The notes under the pieces are model-generated. The model saw nothing but the letters and a program-made list of their open reading frames with translations, had not been told where the DNA came from and searched no databases. Of a stretch of 64,000 nucleotides of DNA, positions 11,576 to 25,300 are shown in pieces. This stretch comes from Mobula hypostoma (Eukaryota), in contig NC_086097.1 in assembly GCF_963921235.1 (NCBI RefSeq), forward strand, positions 28,646,001 to 28,710,000. The letters run 5' to 3'. The number at the start of each line of letters is the position of its first letter. Position 1 is the first letter of the stretch. A program made the translations under genes and the position numbers.

Positions 11576-13837
11576 AGCAGAGAACAATGCCACAGTTTTG
11601 AGAGCAAGGCTAAATTGGAACACCTCTCAAAGAGAAACACCAGGAAACCATCTTAAATAGTACTTCCCTCCTCGGTAAGGAGCAAAATAGATGGGATAAA
11701 TCTGTTCCCATACCCTCCGTGCCAGGCTTCAAGCATTAGGATGGCTTGTACTGGTGGATATACAGGTTTTTAATTAAATCATTCTTGGGATGCAATAGCT
11801 GACGGCCAAGATTCCACTTACTCGCAACCCTAAATCAATAAATTATTTAACTGCAAAATCTCTTGGTGATATTTGATTATATTAAAGTCATTATATTAAT
11901 GTTCTAGTAGACCATTATAGTGTTGAACCAGCTGCGTTTTTATTACAATCGGAGAGCTCCACTGCCTCTTTTACGGAGACAAGAATTATAATTCCTCTTT
12001 TTAAACACAAAAATAAACAAAATTCAAATCCTCAAACATCAACAGATTAATTTCCTTGTCTTTTGGATTATTAGTTCAGGAACATACACCGTACAGTGTT
12101 CTCAAGGGAGCAGCTTGAATTTTCTATGGCTCTAATGTAATTGTAGAATTAATCAAGACCAACGTTTAATTTAATCGTACACTAAAAGATGGAAAGAAAC
12201 AGCAAGAAAAATCAATGGGTCAATCAATACTGCAGATGCACTGCATCACATCACTGGGGAAATCGCACACTGCATACATTAACAAGTTAACAGGGGGTTT
12301 TTATGTTGCCTTAACATATCACACTTTGGAAATGCCACAGTCTCGCAGGCATTCACAGAGTCAACTGCAGGCCATACCAGGGGTACAAACTGGTAGTCTC
12401 ATTATAAGAAGGACGCAGAAGCTTTAGAGAGAGTACAGAGGAGATTTACCAGATTGTGTATGGGCTGGAGAGAGGAATGGGTCTTGTCGTGCTATTGTTG
12501 CTTTGGTGTGCTCTATAGAAATAACTCGGAAAATGTGCTGTTCTCCGATCTTAGCAATCCACTTGCAAACGTTTCAACATCATACAGTCAGGGTGCTGTT
12601 CATTTGTGGTGTGTCCACCAAATACTTGGCCTTTATCAATCAGCTGATTGGTCGCCATTTCAGAAACTCAACTGTCTCATCGCTGATCAGTAGTGTGGCA
12701 AACTCTGTGCATTGTGGTTTGGGATCTTGTACGCATTGGCTTATAAATGTTGTATTCTGTGTTGTTCTGCCGAACACTGGAGGCACGCTATATTGGTGCC
12801 GGAATGTGTGGCAACAGTTGCAGGCCGGCCTTGGCACATCCTGAGGTTGCGGGGGTTGTTAATGCGAACGCCACATCTCACTGCATGTTTCCATGTACAT
12901 GGGATTAATAAACTTGATAGAGGTGTGCAAAATAAGATGCATAGATAGAGTGGACAGCCAAAACCAGGGTGGAGGAAGTGGCTAATAAGAAGGGGCATAA
13001 TTTTCAGGTGATTGGAGGAAAGTATAAAGAGGATGTCAGAGTGGAGGTGCGTGGAACGCCCTACCAGGGGTGGTGATAGATACGTTGGGAACGTTTAAGA
13101 AACTCTGAGATAAGCACATGGATAATAGAGAAATGGAGGGCTATGTGGGAGGGAAGGGTTAGATTGACCTGGAATTAGGTCAAAATGTTGGCACACTCTG
13201 TGAGCTGAGAAGTCTGTACCATGCTGTAATTTTCTGTGTTCTCTGTTCACCCAACTTAAAGAAATCCCTATATGTGACCGAGCTCCCGTAATATTAAACT
13301 CGACATATGTTATTACTATGAACAGCAAAAGAGGTTTTCTCTCTCTACTGATCTCTCTTTAAAGTCCTATGTGCCTTTGTTACCATTCATTACAAAACCA
13401 TAAGGGAGATATTAAACAAAAATAACAGATTAGTTTTATTTGTCACAGGTATACATCAAAACAGAGCAAAATGCGCCAATGACCAACACAGTCCGAGGAT
13501 GTGCTGGGGGCAGCCCGCGAGTCTCGCCATACTTCTGGTGCCAACACAGCGTGGATAAAGTGTTGAAGAATTCGCTAACGTGCGGACCTGTATGCTTCAG
13601 CAGCAGATTTGCCTGCTGCATAACTTGTTAATCGCTTCTTGTGTCATTGTAAATAACCAGATCGCGTCATGATTCGTGTGTACGTGTGGAGGCAGGGTCC
13701 CAGGGCAACAACTACCATTAAAGCAGAAACAATAACACAGCTGCTCCTAATAAAGCAGCCTCAACCACAGGAATCGTGCTGAGAGATGATCACAGACAGC
13801 GAGAGGGGTGGGGAGGAGAAAGGGAGACAGACAGCCA

Positions 13838-14218
13838 CAGGGACTGAGACAGCAAGGCGAAGGGAGGGAGGGAGGGAGAGAGAGGGAGAGAGGGAGAGAG
13901 AGGGAGGGAGAGGGAGAGAGAGAGAGAGAGAGGGAGGGAGCGAGAGGGAGAGGGAGAGGGAGGGAGAGGGAGAGGGAGGGAGAGGGAGAGGGAGAGGGAG
14001 AGGGAGAGGGAGGGAGGGGGAGGGAGGGGGAGGGAGGGGGAGGGAGGGGAGGGAGGGGAGGGAGGGGAGGGAGGGGGAAGGAGGGGAGGGAGGGGGAGGG
14101 AGGGGGAGGGAGGGGGAGAGGGAGGGGGAGCGGGAGAGGGAGGGAGAGGGAGGGAGAGGGAGAGAGAGGGAGGGAGAGGGAGGGAGAGGGAGGGAGAGGG
14201 AGGGAGAGGGAGGGAGGG

Positions 14219-14275
<57 letters not shown>

Positions 14276-14300
14276 GCAGAAAGAGAAAGAGAAAGAGAAA
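13838..14300 (+). repeat. Polypurine (GAGG/GAGGGA/GA)n low-complexity tract ending in (GACA)n
   Basis: Roughly 460 bp of almost only G and A on the + strand. Confidence 0.95.
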
Positions 14301-14884
14301 AGCCCAGGACTCAGACAGAAATTCTATCTTAATCCTTGGCTAGTGATCATTCAACACATTCCTGGGCTTTTATTTGCTGATTTAGCCAAATTATTCACCA
14401 ATTTAAGTATGTTAGTGCCTCAACCAAATAGGAGGCAAAGAAATGTTATCTTTTACTGCTGTTTTATGAAGCAGATGAGAAGCTGTCAGTAGCACACTAA
14501 GGACCACCGATGAGACTGTTGGCTCTGCAATACTTCCTGCCTCTCCCAGTGGGAAGTTTTCCAGCTGGAGAGGTTTCCAAAGGATATAGGACAAAGGTGG
14601 AGAAATTGTGTTGAAGCACACATTATTTTGTGAGCAGATGCAAGGGAGGAGCAGGACACAGGGGTTGAATGTGCACGAAATGACACAGCACTACTACCGA
14701 GGGAATTTTAAGGAGGCAGAATAATAGTTGTGCACAGACTAGATGGGCTGAAGGGCTGGTTTTTGTGCTGTAGTGCTCAATATCACTGAAGATCCATCCT
14801 GGGCCCATTGATGTGACTATGAAGAAGGCACACTAGTGGCTATATGTCATTAGGAGCATGACGGCTTTACTAATCCGGAACATA

Positions 14885-15345
14885 TCAACCTTTGCTTTGA
14901 ATACTCAATAACCTAGCCTCCACAGATTCACCACCCTCTGGCTAGAGAAATTCTTCCTCACCTTTGTTCAAAAACGACCTTCTTGCATTCTGAGGCTGTG
15001 CTCTCTGATCCTTGGCTTCCCTGCTATAAGAAACATCCTCTCCACATTCACTCTTTGTAGGCCTTACAATATTCCAATAGGTTTCAATGAGATTCCCGCT
15101 CATTCTTCTAAACTCCACTGAGTACGGGCCCAGAGTTATCATACACTCCCCATAAGTTAACCCTTTCATTTCCAGGATTATCATGTATCCCCTCTGGACC
15201 CTGTCCAACGCCTGCACATCCTTTCTCAGATAAAGGGGCCCAAAACTGCTCATAATATTCCAAACGCGGTCTGAACAATGCCTTATGCCTCAGCATTACA
15301 TCCTTGCTTTTATATTCTAGTTCTTTCAAAGTAAATGCTAAGTCA
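14885..15345 (-). mobile_element. CR1 ORF2 C-terminal fragment
   Basis: LEYKSKDVMLRHKALFRPRLEYYEQFWAP. Confidence 0.8.
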
Positions 15346-16035
15346 TTCCTCACGCACGCGCCCGCTCTCCCTGCAGCTTCATCAGCTCCTTTCCCAGCTC
15401 TGACAAAGGGCTTTCCACCCGAGACATTAGCTCCATTTTTCTTCCTCAGCTGTGGCTTCAGCTGCTGAGTACTTCCAACATGCTCAGTTTGAATTGACAG
15501 TCCCTAAACACAGTGGAAGGCAAACCAGTGGTAGCGGAAGGGCACAGAGCAAATCACTCCAGCCATCAAATGGGTACTGCAGAGTGAACCTTCCGATTGA
15601 AATTTTCCCAGCATCTAGTGTGTAATGCAACAAATGCCCCACCCCCGCTAATTTATGTTATTTTGATTAAAGCTCCACCTCATAACAGAGACCAGTTGCT
15701 GCCTCAGAGATTTAAAAAAATAACAAGTGTTCACCTTTCACACTGCCAGTTCTCACTGGACCTTTGAAATCTCTCCGTTACTTGCTCCTGAAATAACAGG
15801 ATGCTCCCGCATATTTCCTCATGGATTATTTTTGTCTTTTTGCAAGTGAATAGACAGGATTAACCTGCTATGAAATGTGTTTATTCCCACTGAATGATTA
15901 GGCGTAATGCCATAAATTTAAAGCCCATTATATGATTGGAAATAGAGACCTATTCTTGGGCTTAATGGCAACAATTGTCACCAGCCTGAATCAGAAGGAA
16001 ATTGCATTTCCAGCATCCAACTTCAGCATATCCAG

Positions 16036-16243
16036 GCAACACACACACACAAAATGCTGGAGGAACTCAGCAGGCCAAGCAGCATTTATGTAAAAAGAAA
16101 GTACAGTCGACGTTTCGGGCCGAGACCATTCAGCAGGACTGGCGAATGAGTGTGGCAGGGGCTGGGCCCGAAACATCAGCTGTACCTTTTTCCATAGATG
16201 CTGCCTGGGCTGCTGAGTTCCTCCAGCATTTTGTGTGTGTTGC
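16036..16243. repeat. Foldback element of two inverted Penelope pseudo-LTR arms
   Basis: Same architecture as 1812-2012. The minus-strand motif reads cagtc-CTGCTGA-atggtctcggccc-GAAAC-GTC-gactg. Confidence 0.85.
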
Positions 16244-17252
16244 TCCTCTCCTATTAATTCAATCCAATTCTCCTTTCGCATTGTAAATATTTGGTCTAAT
16301 GTACCGGTTAAGAAATGTACATTAGAATCAGAATCATCACTTATATGATGAGAGATCAATTTTGTGGCAGAAGACAAAAATTACCATAAATTTCAAAAAT
16401 AAATAGTTGAAAAACAACAAGGTAGTGTTCAGAAATCTGAAGGTGGAGAGAAAGAAGCTGTTTCTGAATCACTGAGTGTGTGTCTCCTTCCCAAATATAG
16501 TAACAAGAAGCAGGCAAGTCCTGGATGGGAGGGCCATTAATCATGGCTAACACCTTCTCAGTGCACCAAGATAACTTTAAGAAGCATTACATTGGTTGGC
16601 ATTTGCTCTTATAGAAACAGAAACTCCCTAGCAATCTACCAGACTGAGTGATTTGCCTTAAAGCCTGGCTCATTTTTAAATCACCTGTAATTGGTGCCTT
16701 TTCATATGGTGTAAAGTTGTTACAGTTATCAACAACCCAGATTCAATTCTGACGCTGTCTGCAAGGAGTTTGTACGTTCTCCCCATGACAGATTAGCAGA
16801 CAAGAACCCACAGAACAGCAATTCTCCATTGGGAGCAGACCGCTTATCTAATGAGGATAGGGTGAGCTAACTAGTGCTTTTCTCTTTGGAGCAAAGGCGG
16901 ATGAGAGGTGATGTGATAGAGGTGTACAAGATAATAAGTTGCATAGATAGAGTGGACAGCCAGAGACTTTTTCCCCGGGTGGAAATGGCTAATACGAGAA
17001 GACAACATTTTAAGATGACTAGAGGAAAGTATAGGAGGGATGTCAGAGGCTGTCTTTTTAAAAAAACAGAGTGGTGAGGGCATGGAATATGCTGCCGGGG
17101 TGGTGGTGGAGGCACATACGTTAGGGACATTTAAGAAACTCTTAGATAGGCACGTGGATGAAAGAAAAATGGAAGGCTATGTAAGAGGGAAGGATTAGAT
17201 TGATCTTGGAGTAGGTTAAAAGGTCAGCACAACATCATGAGCCGAAGGGCCC

Positions 17253-18403
17253 CTACGTTAGGATGCTGTTCGTCGACTATAGCTCAGCATTTATATCATC
17301 ATTCCCACAATCCAGATTGAGAAGTTGCAGAACCTGGGCCTCTGTACCTCCCTCTGTAATTGGATCCTCGACTTCCTAACTGGAAGACCACAATCTGTGT
17401 GGATTGGTGACAAACATCTCCTCCTCACTGACGATCAACACTGGTGCACCTCGGGTGTGTGCTTAGCCCACTGCTCTACTCTCAATGTACACATGACTAC
17501 TCAAATACCATCTATAAATTTGCTGACGATACAACCATTGTTGGTAGAATCTCAGGTGGTGATGAGAGGGCGTACAGGAGTGAGATATGCCAACTGTGGA
17601 ATGGTGTCACAGCAACAACCTGGCACTCAACGTCAGTAAGACGAAAGAGCTGATTGTAGACTTCAGGAAGGGTAAGACGAAGGGGCACATACCAATCCTC
17701 ACAGAGGGATCAGAAATGGAGAGAGTGAGCAGTTTCGAGTTTCTGGGTATCAAGGATCTCTGAGGATCCAACCCGGTCCCAACATATCGATGTAGTTATA
17801 AAGAAAGCAGCTATGCTTCATTAGGAGTTTGAAGAGATTTGGTATGTCAACAAATATACTCAAAGACTTCTGTAGATGTACCCTAGAGAGAATTCAGATA
17901 GGCTGCATCACTGTTTGGTATGGAGGGGCTACTTCACAGGGCCAAAAGGAGTTGCAGAGGGTGGTAAATCTAGTCAGCTCCATCTTGGGTACTAGCCTAC
18001 AAAGTACCCAAGACATCTTTAGGGAGCGGTGTCTCAGAAAGGCAGCATCCATTATTTAGGACCTCCAGCACCCAGGACATGCCCTTTTCTCACTGTTACC
18101 ATCAGTAGGAGGTACAGAAGCCTGAAGGCACACACTCAGCGATTCAGGAACAGCTTCTTCCTCTCCGCCATCTGATTCCTAAATGGACATTGAAGCTTTG
18201 GACACTACCTCACTTTTAAAAAAAATATACAGTATTTCTGTTTCTGCATTTAAATAAAAATCTATTCAATATACGTAATTGATTTACTTGTTTATTTATT
18301 ACTATATTTATTATTTTTTTCCTGCTAGATTATGTATTGCATTGAACTGCTGCTGCTAAGTTAACAAATTTTACGTCACATGCCGGTGATAATAAACAAG
18401 ATT
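17253..18403 (+). mobile_element. Rex1/Babar-type LINE, 3' portion, inserted in a CR1 3' end
   Basis: [51 protein letters not shown] peptides, frameshifted, and a 3' tail ggtgataataaac. Confidence 0.85.
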
Positions 18404-19660
18404 CTATGCTGTAATGTTCCACGTTCGCTGAGCAGCTGGAAACCATAAATGCCAGCACAGTCTCAAGTGGCCAAATGGCCTCCTTCTATGCAGTAATAGT
18501 TCTATCCATTTTTAGGTGACACCAGACCACAATCTGTGTGGATTGGTGACAAACATCTCCTCCTCACTGACGATCAACACTGGTGCACCTCGGGTGTGTG
18601 CTTAGCCCACTGCTCTACTCTCAATGTACACATGACTACTCAAATACCATCTATAAATTTGCTGACGATACAACCATTGTTGGTAGAATCTCAGGTGGTG
18701 ATGAGAGGGCGTACAGGAGTGAGATATGCCAACTGTGGAATGGTGTCACAGCAACAACCTGGCACTCAACGTCAGTAAGACGAAAGAGCTGATTGTAGAC
18801 TTCAGGAAGGGTAAGACGAAGGGGCACATACCAATCCTCACAGAGGGATCAGAAATGGAGAGAGTGAGCAGTTTCGAGTTTCTGGGTATCAAGGATCTCT
18901 GAGGATCCAACCCGGTCCCAACATATCGATGTAGTTATAAAGAAAGCAGCTATGCTTCATTAGGAGTTTGAAGAGATTTGGTATGTCAACAAATATACTC
19001 AAAGACTTCTGTAGATGTACCCTAGAGAGAATTCAGATAGGCTGCATCACTGTTTGGTATGGAGGGGCTACTTCACAGGGCCAAAAGGAGTTGCAGAGGG
19101 TGGTAAATCTAGTCAGCTCCATCTTGGGTACTAGCCTACAAAGTACCCAAGACATCTTTAGGGAGCGGTGTCTCAGAAAGGCAGCATCCATTATTTAGGA
19201 CCTCCAGCACCCAGGACATGCCCTTTTCTCACTGTTACCATCAGTAGGAGGTACAGAAGCCTGAAGGCACACACTCAGCGATTCAGGAACAGCTTCTTCC
19301 TCTCCGCCATCTGATTCCTAAATGGACATTGAAGCTTTGGACACTACCTCACTTTTAAAAAAAATATACAGTATTTCTGTTTCTGCATTTAAATAAAAAT
19401 CTATTCAATATACGTAATTGATTTACTTGTTTATTTATTACTATATTTATTATTTTTTTCCTGCTAGATTATGTATTGCATTGAACTGCTGCTGCTAAGT
19501 TAACAAATTTTACGTCACATGCCGGTGATAATAAACAAGATTCTATGCTGTAATGTTCCACGTTCGCTGAGCAGCTGGAAACCATAAATGCCAGCACAGT
19601 CTCAAGTGGCCAAATGGCCTCCTTCTATGCAGTAATAGTTCTATCCATTTTTAGGTGACA
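17385..19660 (+). repeat. Tandem duplication, period 1139 bp
   Basis: 17385-18521 recurs at 18524-19660 with a 2-nt 'cc' junction. Identical ORF translations are offset by 1139 (17444/18583, 17829/18968). Confidence 0.95.
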
Positions 19661-20029
19661 TAGTCAGAGGGATAATTATTGGTCTGGACAATAGGGAGGA
19701 ACTGCCCTGCCAGTATTTGAAATGGGGCTTGCGATTATATTGGGACTTTTAACCCTCAATCTTCTGACTCAGCAGGCAAGCAGGCTACCCACTGAACCAC
19801 AGAAAAACCACTAATAGCTGCTCCCTGCCAGTCACCATCTGGGCCAAATTACCCACAAAAATAACTGATCCCACTTACGAATGCACTGGGAATCAATAAT
19901 AGGAGAGGCATCAGCAGATGGGTATCCTGCATGGTTCAGTGGGAGGAGAACAGAAACTCCCAATTAACCTTTTGATGAAATGGATGCTTGACAGTGATTA
20001 TCAGGGGTTCATTACGAGGAATCAGTTTT

Positions 20030-20495
20030 ACTATCACTGACATATACGACACAAAATTTGTTGTTTTGCAGCAGAAGCCGTCCAGTGCAAAGCTATGAAA
20101 ATTATTATAAATTACAAAATAAATGAATAGTACAAAAAAAAGGGATAACGAGGTAGTGTTCATGGTCCATTCACAAATCTGATGGCGGAGAGGAAGATGA
20201 TGATTCTGAATCATTGAGTGTGAAGTATCCAGACCCCTGTATCCCTTTCCTCATTGTAGTAATGAGAAGAGGGTATGTTCCAGATAGTGAGGGTCCTCTG
20301 TGATGGATACCTCTGCCTTTTGAAGATGGTAGGGAGGGCTGAATCTACAGCCTTTTTCGATCTTCTGCATTGGAGGTTCCAAACCAAGCTTTGATGCAAA
20401 CAGTCAGAATGCCTTCCACAGTACATCTATAGAAATTTGCAAGAGTTCTTCATGGTGACATACCAGATCTCCTCAAACTCCTCACAAAGTACTGC
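20030..20495 (-). mobile_element. Rex1/Babar-type LINE 3' fragment
   Basis: Reverse-complement homology to the 17830-18400 segment. Confidence 0.65.
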
Positions 20496-20744
20496 TAGCA
20501 AGGCATTAGTGTTTCAAATGAGACCAGCTTTACGGTGAATCGCTCAGTCTGGTATTGTGGGAGAAAGCTGGTGCACCCGGAGGAAACCCACACGGTCACA
20601 GGGAGAATGTACTCCTTACAGATGGCGGTGGGAATTGAACCTGGGTCACTGGTGCTATGAAGCACTGTGCTAACCATGCTACCATGCCACCCAAATTCTT
20701 CATGGAAAGTGGATGAATGGACCATAAGACTGGATTTTAGATTC

Positions 20745-21795
20745 ATAGAGTGCTACAGCACGGAAAGAGATTCTTTGGCCCATCGCGCCTAGTCCCATCG
20801 ACTTGCACCAACCACAGCCCTCCGGACCCCTCCCATCCATGTACCTATCCAAACTTTCACTATATGTTGAAATCAAACGTGCATCCACCACTTCCACTGG
20901 CAACTCGGTCCACACTCTCAGCAGCCTCTGTGTGAAGATGTTCCTCCTCAAATCCCCCTGGAATATTTCACCTTTCACCCTTAACCTATGACCTCTATTC
21001 TAGACTCACCCAGCCTTAATGAAAAAGGCCCGTTTGCACTGACCCTATCTACAGTAATTCTGCATACCTTTGTCAAATCTCCCCTCATTCTCCTATAGTC
21101 TAGGGAATAAATTCCTAACCTATTCAGCCTTTCCCTATAACTCGTATCCTCAAGTCTAAGCAACATCCTTGTAAATTTTCTCTATATTCTTTCAATTATA
21201 TTGACATCTTTCCCATAGGTAGGTGACCAGAACTGCACGCTATACTACAAATTAGACCTCACCAATTTCTTATCCAACTTTAACGTAACATCCCAACTCC
21301 TGTATCCAGTACTTTTGATTTACGAAGGCCAATGTGGCAAAAGCTCTCTATCTACCTGTGATACCACTTTCAAGGAATTATGAATCTGTATTCCCAAATC
21401 CTTCTGTTCTGCCACTCACTGTGTAAGTTCTACCCAGATTTGCCCTCCCAATGTGCAACACCACACACGCCTGCATTAAATTTCATCTGCCACTTTTCAG
21501 CCCATTTTTCCAGCTGGTCCAGATCCCACTGCAAGCTTTGATAGCCTTCCTCGCTGTCCACTCCGACCCCAGTGTTGTCGTCCGCAAATTTGCTTATCCA
21601 GTTTACCACATTATTATCCAAATCATTGATATACTGTAGACGACAAATAACAACTGACCCACAACTAATCCCTGCAGCACACCAATCAGCATAGGCCTCC
21701 AGTCAGAAGCAACCATCTACTACAACTCTCCATCTTCTCCCACAAAGCTAATGTCAAATTCTATTTAATAACTCATCCTAAATGCCAAGAGATTG
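20745..21795 (-). mobile_element. CR1 3' ~1-kb fragment
   Basis: WISKFADD...WAEKWQMKFN, RRMRGDL and NIFTQRLLRVW peptides. Confidence 0.8.
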
Positions 21796-22341
21796 CCACA
21801 TCTACAGAGGCAGGATGAAGAACTTGTCTTGCATACCGTTCATACAGATCAATCCATCACACAGCCCATTGAGGAAGTACCAGGTAAAACAAGAACAGAA
21901 TGCAGAATAAAGTGTTACAGTTACAGAGAAAGTGCAGTACAGTCAGACAATGAGGAGCAAGGTTGAGAATTCATCTTATTTACAAAGGGGACTGTTCAAT
22001 AGTCTTACCATAGAACACTACAACACAGAAAACTGGCCATTCGGCCCTTCTAGTCTGTGCTGAAACTTTATTCCGCTAGTCACATTGACGTGCACCCAGT
22101 CCATAAACCTCCAGACCTCTCCCATCTTACAACAGAAGGATGGAAGCTGTCCTTCAGCCTGGTGGTATGTGCTTCCAAGCTTTTGCCCAAAGGAAAGGGG
22201 GAGAAGGTAGAATACTCAGGACACATGGGGTCTTTGATTATGCCGGCTGCTTTACTGAGGCAGTCAGAAGTATAGATAGAGTCCGTAGAGGGAAGGTTGG
22301 GTTCAGTAACGTACTGAGCTGTGTCCATATTGAAAGGCCTA

Positions 22342-25300
22342 TGTTATGCTTTGTAACCACAAATACTAATCAAAAGGAAAAGTACAGGAGCCCATGAAAA
22401 TGTGTCTACTATGTTTTACTTTGGTGAGGCACTCACCTATGATGTGGTGGCATAATGACGTATGCCATTTACATACTTTTACATATAACCCATAATAAAT
22501 CATGTAAACAACATAGAATGCTTAATCAAACATTATATTTACAATATTACTCAAATATTACTGAAATATTAAATACACAAACTACAACTCGTACTAAATA
22601 CATAAACTACAAACTCAATATAGAATCCATCTCAACTATATATATATTACAACTACTATATAGATATCCACAGCATAGTAAGTTTTAAATTGTTCCATTC
22701 AGACCTGAAGATTTATTTGCTGTAGAGGATTTCTTACTCTTGTGGGGTAACGTCTTTCCTGACGGAAGGGGGTGGGTCACTCTGCTTAGCAGGAGAAACT
22801 TGTGGCTGTGAAATAATCCCAGGCTCAGGGACCTCATCTGTGGCGGTTGAAGGAATTGACTCTGGGGACTGCAGGAAATGGTTCTGACAGCTCTAGAGAC
22901 TTTTATTCTCCAACAATTGACTCTGCTCTCGTCAACAGATTGATGCATCTTCTCTAGATGACATCAGACACGATCTCCACTGTGTAGGAGAGTAGTCCAG
23001 TTCTGTCCTGATGAGGGGTCTTGGCCCGAAACGTCAACTGTATTTCTTTCTATAGATGCTGTCTGGCCTGCTGCGTTCCACCAGCATTTTGTGGGTGTTG
23101 CTTGAATTTCCAGCATCTGCAGATTTTCTCGTGTTTGCAATTCTGTCCTTAATCTTTCCAAGTACTCACTTTGATCACCTCCATAGTCCCTTGCCAGGAC
23201 TGCTTGTACAGGAGTGAAACTGTGAAGCTCCTTGCTTGAGGAGCCCTTAATTTGTCTCAGCTGTTTGTCCTGCATACCCCCGAGCTGGGTTTGAGCAGAT
23301 TCCAGCACGAACGCAAGGGGCAACCCAGGAACAGCATAGATGGTAAGTTACTGGTTGTGGAGTGTGCCACATTATGTTATGTAAGGAGTTAGGTGAGCTT
23401 CTGATACAGCGTTATTCTATTGTGTTCTGCTGACATTACTCAGAGTGTGTTCTTTAGACTCAGGACAAACCTTTACACCAAGCCATTTGTAGCTGTGTGG
23501 TATGGTTTAGATGTAATGTCTTTTTCCATTCATTTTCAGGAATGACTGAAACTGTCCTGCAACAAACTGTGGTCCATTTTCACTAACCAAGTGTTCTGGA
23601 ACACCAGTCCTTGAGAAGAGGCTTCTCAACACATCAGGAGTGTGCGAGGCTGTAGTGGAAGCTATTGGGATCAATTCTCGCCACGTTGTAACTGCATCCA
23701 CTACAACCAAGATCCACATGAATCCTCTGCCAGGGCAGTGCAGGCCACTCCCAGAGATGGAGAGGTACTTTTCTTGGCATCTTCTGGATTTGTTGGCATT
23801 CCGAATAGTACACGACAAGCTGCTTGATCGCCTGATCTATCCCAGGCCACCAGACAAAACCTTCAAGCTAATACTTTCTTTTTGATCACACCAAGATGAC
23901 CGGCATGTAGCTCCTCCGTCGCTTTAGCTCTCAGCCTTGATGGTACGACGATTCTCAATCCCCATCAAGGGCAGGTTCATCCTGGTGCTGGTAGAAATGG
24001 GTGAAGTGGAATTTCTGCTGGATATTCCAGCCATTTAGGGTGGCCATATAGACCTGAGAGTGTGGGGTCTTCTCTGGTTTCCCTTCGGATTATCTTTGTC
24101 GTAATGGCGATTTGCATTAGGGAGAATACGTCAAGAGAAGTGTCCTCTTTTGTAAATTTTTCAGGTATTTCCTTTTCCAAGGGCAAATGGGAAAATCATC
24201 AGCATTTCCATAATTAGTTGATCTCTTGAATTCAATCTTATAACTGTGTCCTCCAAGAAGCAGGGCCCATCTCTGTATTCGAGCTGCTGCTGTTAGTGGA
24301 ACTCCCTACTGTGGATTGAGAATGAACACTAATGATTGATGATCAGTAATGAGGGTAAACTCTTACCCCATACAAGTACTGGTTGAAATGTTTTACACCC
24401 AAAACCAGACTCTCTGACAACCTGTGCATAATTTTTCTCTGCAGCAGTAAGGGAACACGATGCAAAGGCTATGGGGCGTTCACTTCCTTCACTCATAAGA
24501 TGTGACATGACTGCACATATACCATAAGGCAAGGCATCACAAGCAAGCTTCACTGGACAATGTGGATCATAATGTGCGAGTACAGTATCTGACATCACCA
24601 TTTCCTTTGCCTTTTGTAAAGCCATCTCACACTGCTCTGTCCATTGCCATTTCTTCTCAATCTGTAGCAATGAGCTCATGGGTTGGAGCACAGTAACCAG
24701 GTTTGGCAGGAATCTCTTGTACTAATTGATAAGTACTAAAAAGGGTCACAACTGTGTCATGTCCTTTGGCTTTGGGGCATCCGCACTGCTTGAATTTTCT
24801 CAGCAGACTTGTGTGATGCTGTGCGTCAATGGTGTGAAATGGTGTGACCACAATAAATGATGCTTGGTTTAAAGAATTCGCACTTGTTGCACTGCGTTCT
24901 GAGCCCATGATCTTCTAAACTTTTTAATACAGTCCTGAGATTTTGGAGGTGTCCCTTGTCATCCTCACCGGTACCAGTGATGCCATCCAGGCAACACTGA
25001 GTGCCTAGGCAGACTTGCTGCACTTGGTCCATAGTGTTCTGCCAGAGCATAGGTGCAGATGCTACTTCAAAAATAAAGCTATCGTAGTGATAAAGCCCTA
25101 TATGGTGAGAATCTCTTTGGACTCTTCTTCCATGTCCATCTGTAGGTAGGCTTCAACTAAGTTCATTTTGCTGAAGTGCTTCCTTCCAGAAAGGTTTGCA
25201 AAAATATCCTCTGTGTGGGGCAGAGGGCATTGATCTACTTTCAGTACTGGGTTGTTGGTGACCTTAACATCACCATAGATCCTGACAAACCCATTCTTCT

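Noticed and set aside
13786..14343. 185-aa and 174-aa Gly/Arg/Glu-rich ORFs
   Set aside because: Artefacts of the stop-free GA tract.
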